Below, one piece after another: positions 26,309 through 38,200 of a stretch of 64,000 nt of DNA (position 1 is the stretch's first letter; each line of letters opens with the position of its first letter). Location of the stretch: assembly GCA_002633005.1 (NCBI GenBank), contig NMRA01000116.1, positions 504,521 to 568,520 on the forward strand, given 5' to 3'. Under the pieces are notes generated by a model. The model was not told the origin of the DNA, ran no database searches, and worked only from the letters and a program-made list of their open reading frames with translations. The stretch comes from Phoronis australis. Its lineage: Eukaryota > Animalia > Phoronida. Made by a program: the position numbers and the translations under genes.

Positions 26309-29300
26309 GTTGGTTCTTTTCACGCATTCCGTCTAGTATCTATAATCTTACTTACTTTAGCTTATCATGGCAATATCATGCTAGTATGCTAGCCAGCTAG
26401 TCGGCCATGGCCATGGCAAGGCAATGGCGTTTAAAGTCTAGTTGCCGGGTCTCTATTCAATCCTTCATATCTGCTTCAAAAAAGATGACACATGGATGAA
26501 ATATACCTCAATAGATTGGTCACTGTTCACTCTTTATTTATTTTGCTAAAATTATTTCGATTCCATCTTTCGTTTTCCAAAATATCACCGCCAAACTTAG
26601 CCTTGGTACAAAGCTGTATATATAAATATACAGCTTTGCACCGATGTGGGTAAAAAGGGGCAAGATAAAATCTGACACAAAATTAGTGTCATTAAAAACT
26701 ACAGTCTTCCTTGAGTAAACAAAATTGTTTAACAGTGTTGGAAAAAATGGCGTTCTACCGTTATTCTGCTGCTAAAGTTGCAGAGCGATCTTTAGCGACG
26801 GCTTTCGACATGAAATATTTCGTCACCTGTTGGCTAGTTTCTTTTTTCGCCGATTCTTCAATGAACTGCAGCTTTTAAAATTCGATACCGAAAAACCGAA
26901 TTTCAGAATAAATTTTGCTTCTCCGAAGTTGTCGCGAAAATTTAGGAAGTGGCGCGTATTGTTTTCAAAACGACGACATACTTTTCATTGTTAGAAAAGG
27001 CGGAGAGTTATGCAAGAAAATGACGTTTATTGCATTGTTCTTCACTTAAACGGCTGTAACGGGCAAGGTGAGTATCGGTTGATTCCCAGATTTTGCATGC
27101 ACCCCGTACGGTCTTTAGCTTATACATATTGATACAAGTTTCATGGCGCGGTGACGAGCAGAACTACCCTGGCTGCATGCAATTTCGGGGTCTATGGAAG
27201 AAATACACACAGTGGTACCTTGCTGTATTTTGACGACAGTCTTCATAAAATACAGCTAGCTGGCTGGCTACGCCAAACTTTGCATACATGACAGCAGAAA
27301 TCTCTCATTTCTTCACTGAAGACATTGAAAACCTGGTGCGATGACAAGGACACCTAACGTCGAAATGCGTAAACTAGTACTGTACAAATACGAATTTGTG
27401 CCTGTTTAGTCATATACATGCATGCACATTATTTTGAGGCACATGTCGCATATGCGGCACACAGGTCGAAAACAGCTAGTACACTTGAAGCACAAGGCGT
27501 ATACTTAGTATACAATCGTATACAGTAGACAATATCATAACTGACAACACATTGCTGTATAGGCTTTATACATTAGGCATACGCCCTGTACATGTCGTAT
27601 ACACGGTATACAGGCCGTATACAGCGGGTAGATTTGATAAACAGGGTGTATACTTAGTGTACAATACGTGGTATACAGATATAGTTTGATATATGCCTGA
27701 TGATACATTGGGTGTACACCCTGGGCTTCAAGTCAGGCGCGAAGAGGTCTAAAAATGACGTTTTTCAACTTTGATCTTGCCGTGTGACCTTATCAATGAT
27801 CTGATCAAACTCAAACTTGGTGAGCCTTACTTTCTCAACATTCTATGTCGATCTGAAAAAGAATTTTTGAAATTGGAGACAGAAAATTTTTCGGCCCCCA
27901 AAAAACCCTGGACTACAGGCTTTAGGGTTTTTTCGGTCGAAAAACTTGTTGTCTTTGATTTTAAAGTTTCTGTTTTTATTTGAAAGGCCAATCTTCGAAA
28001 TGGTCAGCCCCCAAGTTTCAGCTTGAACCGCCTTCTAATTAAGGTCACAGTGGCTGACCAAAGTGACCCACATAAGGGTCCATTTTTGGGTCCAAAATTA
28101 TTTTGTTTTCGATTTCAAAAATTCTTTGTGCATCTGATAGCCCCTTGTCTCTCCTCTCTAGAAATATATGTATTATACTTTCCCAGCCTTTGTAAGGGCC
28201 TAGGAGAGCTCCAAAGTGACCTGCCCCTCCAAAATATCAGAAAAGTTGTGTCAAAATTAGCTTTAGTTTGGGAAGTCATTATAGCAAGTTTGTGGGCAAA
28301 TTTTTGGAAAGTGAAAGCTTGAATCGAACTCATTTTAGCTAGGAGTAAAGAGTGGACAGTGCTGAATTGAGTGAGGCATATATCATCCATGTGTGATCAT
28401 TTTTGTTGAAGATATTAAAGGATTGAATAGGGACCCGGCAACTAGACTTTTACCGCAATGACTAGACAATGACCACCGTCCCTAGCTGGCTACTGTGGTT
28501 CCCTTCTAATGGCAATTTATTTTTGCTTATAGCTCAAGTGCTACTATTAGTTGCCAAGTTCTATCTTCAGCACGTAAGCTTCTGACTACTGACTGTACTT
28601 TGTAGCCCACTATCAGCCAAATTTAAGTTCTTGATGGATGTTCATGTAATTAGGGCAATTTGTCTGACATATTACTTTTGATTTTAAGGTGCTGCTGCCA
28701 TTTTGGAAGAAGAAGCCTCCAAGAAACCATGTAGAAGATTTTTCCAGACAGGAAACTGTGATTATGGCGATCGTTGTCGGTTCACACACATGCTACCCGA
28801 AAGGAAGAAACAGCTTGAGGAACAAGGTGGTCAATAACAGAGCTATCGTAGAGTAAAGTTGAATCATGTCAGACAAGTCCCTGTCATGTTTGGATCTGCT
28901 TACGGTGATATTGAACAAATATGTTGCAATGTTACCATTGCTGTTTTCTGATATAGCAGTGACGTAATGAAATAAACTTAATAGTGTAGTATAGTGGACC
29001 GAGTTCACTGCAACCTAGTGTTCACCTGTGACTTGGATTGAAGATTTATCAGAGTGTGATTTTATGCTGTTTTTACTAATTCTTTGTAATCATCATTTTT
29101 TCAAATTACCTCTGACTGTTTTTTGATGAGATATTCCAATAATTCATTGCAAAATATCTGTGAACAAAAAATTTACGTTTTGTCCTCCCATGTTGACTAC
29201 TATTTGACATTGCATCAAATGAAGTGGTCCTGCTCTCACAAATGGGAGAGTCTATGTTGAATTTTTCTTATTGAGACTCAACACAGCAGGTGGCTGGCAC

Positions 29301-29924
29301 ATTATATCACAACTTCCCAATGGCGAGATAACGTGGTCTTTCTTAATTTTTTTCAGAAGCGCATTTTGTCTCAAATGTCCTGAAGCCTTCGTAGCTCATG
29401 GTTACTTTTCTTCAAAGTCCAGCATTTGGCCACAGCTATTGACATACTGCCTTTTTAATCAATGTCAACACAAATTTAACTTATACATCATTGTTCTATC
29501 TTGGGCATTCAAAAAAGCCAGCTGCACGAGAAAGGGAAAATGTGGTCAGGCACTAATCTTCCAAATGGCGGACTAGAGCAAGACACTTTCTGTGAATTGC
29601 CAAGATTATGCTATTATGGTCTAGTATTGTGTGGTTACTTATGTGTCAGAAAGTTATGAACATGCATCTAATTGTAACCCTTTCTCACTTACAGTCTTAC
29701 GAGATGACTGCAGGAAAGCTAAACAGTCAGGTCAAGAGGAACCCACGTTAGACTCCTGGCTTGTAAAAAAGCGTAAAACAACGTCTGATAAAGAAAGAGA
29801 AACCATTCCTCTGCCTAATTTTGAAATGTGTCCAGCATTGGTCGGTATCCCGAATCTTCCACCATCTTTGCTACCTCCATCTCAAGAAGATTTACTGGAA
29901 GGAGTTACTCTTGAGTGGGGATGA
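26182..29924 (+). CDS. ZMAT5: Zinc finger matrin-type protein 5 (U11/U12 snRNP 20 kDa); exons 26182-26308, 28689-28826, 29695-29924; 164 aa
   Basis: [32 protein letters not shown] (U1-type/matrin ZnF), SAAAILEEEASKKPCRRFFQTGNCDYGDRCRFTH (C3H1 ZnF), LDSWL..K, LPPSL and terminal EWG* all match ZMAT5; 127+138+230=495 nt. Confidence 0.93.
26435..28448. mobile_element. ~2.0-kb non-autonomous DNA transposon (Kolobok-like) filling most of ZMAT5 intron 1
   Basis: ~75-bp TIRs: TTAA|agtctagttgccgggtctctattcaatcctt... and ...aaggattgaatagggacccggcaactagact|TTTA; no transposase ORF inside. Confidence 0.78.
28689..28826 (+). CDS. ZMAT5: ZMAT5 coding exon 2
   Basis: ttttaag|...CAA G|gtggtc; C3H1 zinc finger; donor weak (an alternative GT 3 nt downstream is also in phase). 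Confidence 0.88.
29695..29924 (+). CDS. ZMAT5: ZMAT5 coding exon 3
   Basis: ttacag|...; LRDDCRKAKQSGQEEPTLDSWLVKK...LPPSLLPP...LEWG*. Confidence 0.9.
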
Positions 29925-30329
29925 CATGTAACTTGGCATTAAGGACGCATCACATGTTGGTGCAAAATACTAGTGATGAAGATTAGCATTTCAATCCCGC
30001 TGAATGCTGGAAGACAGTGTTTGTATCTGTGCACTGTGTTGTGAAGGAAAGCTGGTCAACACAAGTGTGGCGGATTGGCAGTCACTTGTTTTGTAGAGGT
30101 GTGATGTCCAGTTGGTACTTGAGGGTTAGACCTCTTGTACTTCACCATGGTGACGCTGAGTGCGTGAGCCAATTGAAATTTAAGTAAACGTTCAGTTTTT
30201 ACCAAAAGCAATGAACTGAAATAAGGAAACATGCTATAGCCAAGGGTTAATATACAACATGGTCCTCTACACGTTCTCATTCACTCCCTTGCACACATTC
30301 ATAAAACCGAACTCAGAGGAATAGGAGAC

Positions 30330-30430
30330 ATCTTTGTGCAATGCTTGAATGTCAGCCAGGGAAGCCAAGATTTGAAGCCATGTCTCTCATGCGGAGACCG
30401 CAGCTCTAATCACTGAGCCTCACTGTCTCC
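30330..30430 (-). mobile_element. Degenerate tRNA-derived SINE in ZMAT5 downstream/3' UTR region
   Basis: Minus strand gaggctcagtgattagagc (A box-like) ... gcttcaaatc (B box-like). Confidence 0.45.
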
Positions 30431-30855
30431 TCAAAATCAGATCTTTCTAAAACTCTCGTTGTTACTTGCTCACTGGAGCATCGGTGAAACCTTCAAATAA
30501 ACTGGTCTGTAGTTGCTTGCACTTCCATGGTAACTGATGAGCTTGATTGCTAGAGCATGTTCTGTAGATGTGACAGGCGTGTGGTGAGTGTGCTTGGGAC
30601 GTTACTAGGGCACTCTAGCAAAATGGCTGTTATTTTTGAATTTATTAGTTCTTGAGGTTGGAATGTTGAACTATGGACAGAATTCACCGTGTCCATCCTA
30701 TAAATGAAGATTTTTCGCTATTAATGCATCACAAATGTCTCATCAACAGAACATAGCGCTGGTCAAGGCCATAATATTGAATAGTAAACAATGTTTTTCA
30801 ATCGTTTACTGCTCTAGCAATCAAATTATTCTGAACACCTTGTACAACTTTGGAA

Positions 30856-30892
30856 AATAAAACAACAACAATGAAAATTTCGTACTTTTATT
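30856..30892. terminator. Candidate convergent poly(A) signals of ZMAT5 (+, AATAAA 30856-30861) and PI4KA (-, AATAAA 30887-30892)
   Basis: Hexamers seen; assignment to the genes is inference from position between the two stop codons. Confidence 0.45.
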
Positions 30893-32067
30893 ATGAAACA
30901 AGTGTGATGTTTACAATGATAAGTTAACATTCATTAAATTAAACACAAACTTTAACAAGTGAGTGACTGCATGTGCTGCCACCTATTATCTACACATTAT
31001 GCACCAAACACTTCCACAACAAACATTCCTTTACAACTGAAGCAACACGTTTCCTATGAAAGCAATAGGTCTACCGACTCAGGACCTGACCAAATGTTCT
31101 AAAGAAGATTGCACACATCTTTTCAATAGAGATCTCCAAGTACTGAGTCAGCAACACAATTTACATCAACCATATCAAGACAAATTCTGAATTTCATACA
31201 ACTTACAACTTTCTCAAAAACAAAATCCGTTTACCATGCTCACTGAATCTATCTCAAGCACATTACAGTTTTCTGTGCTGCAAATTTTGACCAATTTTCA
31301 AGTTCGTAATACCAGCCTAATTTCAAGATAATTTAAAACCTCTCTACAGACTGTCGCCAAAACGAGACAAATGTACCACCACGAGGACAGATAATCTTCA
31401 AAGATAATATTCACAATCTACAAGTCATTACTGCACTGAAGAATCAATAAAGCCTGTGTCAGCTAGCTGAGTCATTTAACATTGACTTAACAGTGGAATA
31501 TGTTGTCAAGCAATGATCCAATAAGACACCAATTAAAACCAAAAGTTATAACTTTATTACATCTGGGTTAATTTTGAAATTTCAAAAACTAACTATAAAG
31601 TGTTATGCTGTGATTCAGACAAATGAAGGCCAACCCAAAATGGGAATGGGGTTTAGTTTGAAATCCAAGATACTCAAATAAATCGAAAAGTCTCACTACA
31701 CGTAACAGTACAAGGTAAACAAGTAGGGTGTACGTAATCTGAAGACGCCACAATCATGACAGGTGGCAGCGCAGTTCGACCTCATCTCCACACAATGACT
31801 TCCCCTCTATTCTAATACGGCTAATTTCCTATGCATTGCAACATTCACAAGAGACCCGCCCAAGGCTGTACCTTCTACATAGAAAATAACATCAAAACTG
31901 AAGTGAATTTATAATGCTGTTCTTTAAAATAAATATACGAAGACCTACAGCCACAACACAAAATGTAAAGTTCATTTTTATGTCACCAGATCACCTCATT
32001 GGTTGAAAATATCTAGCAATACCCCTGAATCTAACATCATAGCCACCACTGTCACAGCTGTCTGGTG

Positions 32068-32293
32068 CTAATAGGGAATTTCATTCTGATAGAACTGTAT
32101 CAGGTCGTAGGCCTTAGCTCTCCAGTGCCTACAACAGTCTATGACAATCTTTTGCATGTGACTGGCTGCCTCTCTCTCACTCGCTTGTGGCTGGAACCGT
32201 GCTCGCAACTGTTTGATTGTCTGACCACGGAAACACGGCAGGCCAGTGTCCAACATGAGAGACACCAGTGCCACAATTGCCTCTCGGTACGGC
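32068..32293 (-). CDS. PI4KA: PI4KA last coding exon
   Basis: [26 protein letters not shown]...YQNEIPY* (TAG). Confidence 0.96.
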
Positions 32294-35200
32294 CTGCAAC
32301 AAAAATGTACACGATTAAGGCTCGACAAAAGCTTAGAACACAGCTAATGTGGGTTCAACCCTATGTACAATAATTTGCAGACACTGATGTTAACTTTTAG
32401 CGAAATGAGCAGTGGGGGCTTTGCAAACTAACTACAGTGCATCTGAAATTCTTAATACAGTGCTTCCAAAATAGCTTGGTAAAGTTACTGCAGTGTAGTA
32501 CTCAGCTCTGACAGTCCGACCTTGCAAAGCATCTGACACTAGCAGTCCCACAATCATAAGTGAAACCCGAGTTGTGGCTGATCAAACTATTCGTCTCCAA
32601 GGTGCAACACCTAACCCAGGCAATTGCTCTTCTAAAAGGTCAAGCTAACTCCTCTCCATAAATTCATTGAAAGGTGGCACAATATCTCTCGCCTAACTGC
32701 CCAGTACACAGGATTCTGACTAACAACAGATGGCGCAACAGTTATCCCTCACCTGACTGCCAGATAACCCTGTATGCAGAGCTCTGTGAACCACTGAAAG
32801 CCTGGTGCGTCCACACGACCTCCCATGATCATCACCATTTCCTCTGTCAACTTTATATCTGGTTCAAAGCCCAAGTTACCTCCAGGGGAGCTCTCAAACA
32901 GGAAACCAAAATCTAGGAAACATGACAAATTTAGTGTTAAATTTTTGTTGTGTCCTGTTTCACAAGTGAACATTCATATGTGAAATGTCAAAATTAATTT
33001 CACACTGAAAGTTCCACACATGAACATCTTTCACTAAAAAATATTAAGAAGCTGGTTTCACAATCCACAAATTAGTTAGGTAAAATGTGGTATTTAAGAT
33101 GCTTGCAATAATCAGTAAAAGAAAATGTTAATTTGCCAGAAGGCTCATGAGCCCATTTCATTCAATGCGACTCTATTCACACAAGCATGACCACCTGTTT
33201 ACTAATCACTTGAATAAACTGATGTTGGCAGGTATGTCAACCTCAAGTTACTTTCATATACACAACGTTTCACCAGTTCTCACAAAGTTTTTGTTACCAA
33301 ACACCTTGAGCAAATTCTGAACTTTTGCATTTCACTGAAACAGTTTCCTGATCTATAAGCTTCAAACAAAAAGAGTCAGAATACAAAATATTCTCACCAA
33401 TATGTATGATGTGTCCCTGGCTATTCAACATTATGTTACCGTTGTGACGGTCCTTGATTTGTAACAAGTATCCCACAATGCTGTAGGCTGCCACGCTCAA
33501 AATGAAATTTCTACGTGCCTGAAACCAGACAAAACAGTTTTTAAAACTATGTGAAGCCCTAACCACATATGAATAAAACAACAGAATACTTTCAAATAAA
33601 CCTTTTGAACTCAGGTCTCCTATAAAGTTTTCAAACATTTACAACTTACATTTGCTACAAAATACTCCAAAGGGCATCTGATGACAACTGCACACTCAGA
33701 AAAAATCATAAAATAATTTTTGTTAACTTTACAGTTTCGCGAAGTTAAACAAAATCAAACTGCACATGGTGTTCTAAACTGTAGCACCTGCCCTGTAAGC
33801 CACCGCGCAAAGTTATTAAACTTACATAAAATGCAAATATATGTGATTGAAGGCTGCCATATATTTCCCTGTGGATGGGTGGGTAAAGTGATCAGTGCAA
33901 ACTGCTTTTGAAGACTGGTTCATTAAGTTAATCACTATTAATCTCATACACTCAAGCAAACTCAAGCTAAATGTCCAAACAGCCAGTGTTGATAAGTGTT
34001 GACTCGTGGTGACCTCTTGAGTCACTTTCAGCAACAGACACACCGTCTCATAATCACTATTGCAATGACTTGCTGGCTGACTATATACTTGGTAACTGCT
34101 ATACTCTAACTGCTCTCTCTATAACTGATGGTAAACAAATAGACCAGCTACGTAAAAGTTAAAGAGCTAAGATCAATGCCACTCTACTCCTGACAAAGAT
34201 GAAACTGCGTCAAACACTTACTGCCTGAAACTCTGGTGTGCTCTCATCGCCATACTTATTATGGAAGTATTCGTACATTCCAATGTCCGTCTGACGCCCG
34301 ATCTGATCACGTGACTTGCTGTCAGGGACACACTCGATCACACCGCACTAGAATGAAGTAGGACATTTGACGTGTAAAACAACTCTGTCAGAAAAGAGAA
34401 GGGAGTCTTAAAGATAATTAGCTAACTGTTAATATATGTTGCAAGCTGAAAAAATGTATCAGCCTGAGTTACAAAGAACACAAAATCGTGACCCCTCCAA
34501 CAGAATTTACTCAGCTACAGGCCTGGTTTTGTGTATATTACTTGACTAAAAATACACTGATCGGAAACCCGGTCTGGCACAAGTTTACAAGAGTGTGGTC
34601 CTACCCCAGGTGCAGTGGCTACTACTCGGTAGGGGGCCAGGTACAGATCTAGTCCATTCAGCTGGAAGATGTGCTTAAACAGACTAATCACTTGTAAGGC
34701 CAGCATGTCCTACAATGTAGTAAACAGACTAATCACTTGTAAGGCCAGCATGTCCTACAATGTAGTAAACAAATGTTAGTGTGAACAGAGTACATAAACT
34801 GTACTGAACTAGACAATACCATGTCAAAGGTGCAAAAGTTCAGAAAGTGTCTAAAAACGGGTTGACTACATGCAGCTCCTTTGGAATTCTGAAATATTTT
34901 CCTAACAATTAAACTTCGTTGAAAACATGACTTTTTGTTTGAAAGCTTGACAGAGTCGATCATAATGTCGAAACAATCTCCTTTCCTCACTATCAATGAC
35001 TCTGAATCAAGCTTTCAAACACAAAAGTTTAGTCGTGTTTCAAAAAAGTTTGTGTGAATGAAGGGATGCTACCGTAATATATTAACATAATTACTGAATG
35101 ATTTGCGAAATTTGTTTGGGCTGAGCAAAATTTGTTCTCACATTCCCCCCCATCAAAATACTGGTTTTGGTCTGGGAGTAGTTGATTAAAACCCATGGAT

Positions 35201-38200
35201 CCACAACTACAGATTCCAAGACAATTTGGATTCATTGGTAAAATATCAAAATTACTGACAACTCTCAGAAGGAATGACCGCATAAATATTTTAGATTATA
35301 CTTAATGCACAGTAATGTTCAACATTTCAAACCTGTATGGCATAGACAAAAATAACATAAAATGTTATGTGCTACAAAACTTTGCTTGAAACCAACTCCA
35401 AAACAACACAGAAGCATGGTTCAACACAGATGCAATGGCTGCAGCTACGATTCGCACTGATACACTGTGACCTTGAGAATGGTTAGAAAAAATGTCTTTC
35501 CATAAATTTGCATTTCATCACAATAAGCTTTATGAATCCCATTCACAGTTCATAAACTGACCTGCCTGACATCATCTCCCACTTTAAATATACACGCCTG
35601 CCAGTACTGTAGTGAAGCGCTGTCAGCCTTTCGTTTGGTGGTTGGTGACGCCGCTTGGCTCATTTGATTCTCTAGCTCATTTATGCCACATTTTTCAACC
35701 TTGAAACGGGCCAGATATGGCGCTTTGGCAGCACTTAAAAGGTAAATTCGTGATAAATGTCATTATTCCGATTCATTGCATCTACAAATTCATGTTGAAC
35801 TTTGGTTCTTTAATGGTTTACAACAATTCAAAATTATATTGTGTTACGTTTAACTTATTTTCCCACTGTTCTGTACTGAAACTGCTACTAAATGAATACA
35901 ACAACCGAAGCCATAACACTGACAAGAAAATAGTCCAGTACTGGGTAATAGACTGATATAACGTGCCTGCATTTTGAGAACCAGTTTCCTCCACTGAATA
36001 ACAGGCATCAACTGGATCTCAAGATGCAGGTACGTTACATCAGACTACTACCCAGTCTTGCACTGCAAAATATATTGACAAATGAAAAATATAAGAACAC
36101 TACGTTTACCTTTGCATAGGAACACCTGAGTTGTAGTCAATCTCAAGAATGATGGACTCAGGGTTAGAAGGCAGGTAACATCCTGTCTGTAACTTGATCT
36201 GACTCAAAGCCTTGAGACAGGCTCTCTTTCGCTCAGGACCCTTGGGATAAGGCCTAGACAGAAAAAACTGACTACTTCCAATGCGAATCAAACAACTGTT
36301 CATCATACACAGAGCCTACTTAAGGCACGGAATCTTTTGCTACCCTCCGTGAGGAAGAGGCAAGATGAAGAATGTGATGCACAGTAAAATGTCAGCAAGA
36401 TCCAATATGGCAGCTAAGGGAAATTTCATTCTCTTGTTTTTTTCATAAAAGATAAAAAGCACCAAATTAGTGCTTATCCATGTTCAGGTTCTGTTACCAT
36501 AATTGCCATTAAACAATATTCTGAAAAACTGTGGACATTCACAACAATGTTAATTAGAAGCCCTTGAAAAATGGCTGTTAATTTTTGTACAAAATTTGAG
36601 ATTTTACTGCACTTTGGAGGACGAGGTAGAGTTAGTATAGAGGTAAAGGCATACTAACTCACAGTAATGCAGGAAACAAAAACAGCACCTCAACTCCTTT
36701 TTCCTTACATTAAAGTTACATTGCAAGTACCTGCATACATTAGATGAAGAAGACAGATTACTTGGTAAAGAAAGCCTATTATAAACGGTATTGTCAAAAT
36801 GTTATAGGACGTATTAAAGCATTTCTTAGAGAAAGAGTAGTGGAAAAGAGAACATCAAGAATTTCCAGAACAGAAAAGTGGACACCAGATTGCACTAAAA
36901 ATCTAGTTCCGTAGACAGCAAGGTAGAAGGTGGACGGCCTAAATCTGAACTTTTGACGAATAATTGTAAATAATGATGTTTGTGTGATTACTCTCCGTGC
37001 CTTTAGACTGCATATAAATGGAGTACAGTTTCATTGAATAACTGTCATTTTAACAATTAAACATAGCACTAAGACATTTTGGATATTATAATTTAGCAAC
37101 ATTGATCATTTATAAACAAAACCCTCATTTTTCTAGGATTGCTAGTAGATGTTGTGTATCCAGAGCTATTTTCACTAGAACACAAAACACCCACAGAACA
37201 CAAAACACCCACAGAACACAAAACACCCACAGAACACAAAACACCCACAGAACACAAAGCAAATGGAGGGTTCTAAAACTCAAGGTCAAGCTAAATGAGC
37301 GCTACAAATAATGTTGTCGCCAGTCAAAGTACATTCAAGTCAACTAGCGCCACCAACCTTATTATGCCAGAGACATTAGTGATTTCGTCAAAGAAGGTAA
37401 ACTCTCTCTCATAGAACTTCTGTGCAGGTCCAGTAAGTGAGCCTGTAATTTCTTTCATCAATTTCTCTAGCTTTTCACCAATTTCAGCTGAAAGTGTGTA
37501 ACGTTACTTTAAGTGGTTAATTTATTTATAAACTTACATTCTGTGAAGAAGCAATCTTTTGATTTCCACCACTGCAGATACAAAAAGGTCTCAACTTTTT
37601 CCTAACTCAGAAGAGAAGTGATTTTTGTTATTCCTAAAGCTTATATAGGTCCTTATCCACAAGCCTGTCTATTTAATAGTCAAATATCAATAAAACTATA
37701 GAATTTAACTGTCATTAAAAGTATAATATTTGTGAAAATAGAAAGCCTGTAGAATTTGTTTTTCACTTTTTATCTAACTGTCATAAATTTAGCAAAAAAA
37801 AGAAAGGAATGTCGATGACAAAACAACGGTATCAATAACACACGACCAAATTTTGTTTCTTATAAACGTTCAAAATGAAATCTAAAAAATGGTGATAGTT
37901 TTCTAAATTATCCTTTCGACTTTCGATACTTTCATTTATTTTCACAAAGACCACAGTAACAGTCCTACTCTTTATGGTCCCCTCAAAGAAATACGTGACG
38001 TAATGCTACTCACGGTCCTTGTGCTCACAGTCTTCATCCATGAACACATTGGTCTTCATGTTCCACAGGAGCTGATGTGCTAGCAGTTGGGAGTGTTTGG
38101 CCAGCCACAGGATCAGGCCATGCACGTACCCCATCTGGTGGTGGCAGAATTCATGGTCAGTCACAACACAAGTACCAGTCAAAGTTACAAAGAATCCAGC

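Noticed and set aside
27315-27370. Possible second hammerhead (ctgaaga...cgaaa)
   Set aside because: No convincing stem II between the core motifs.
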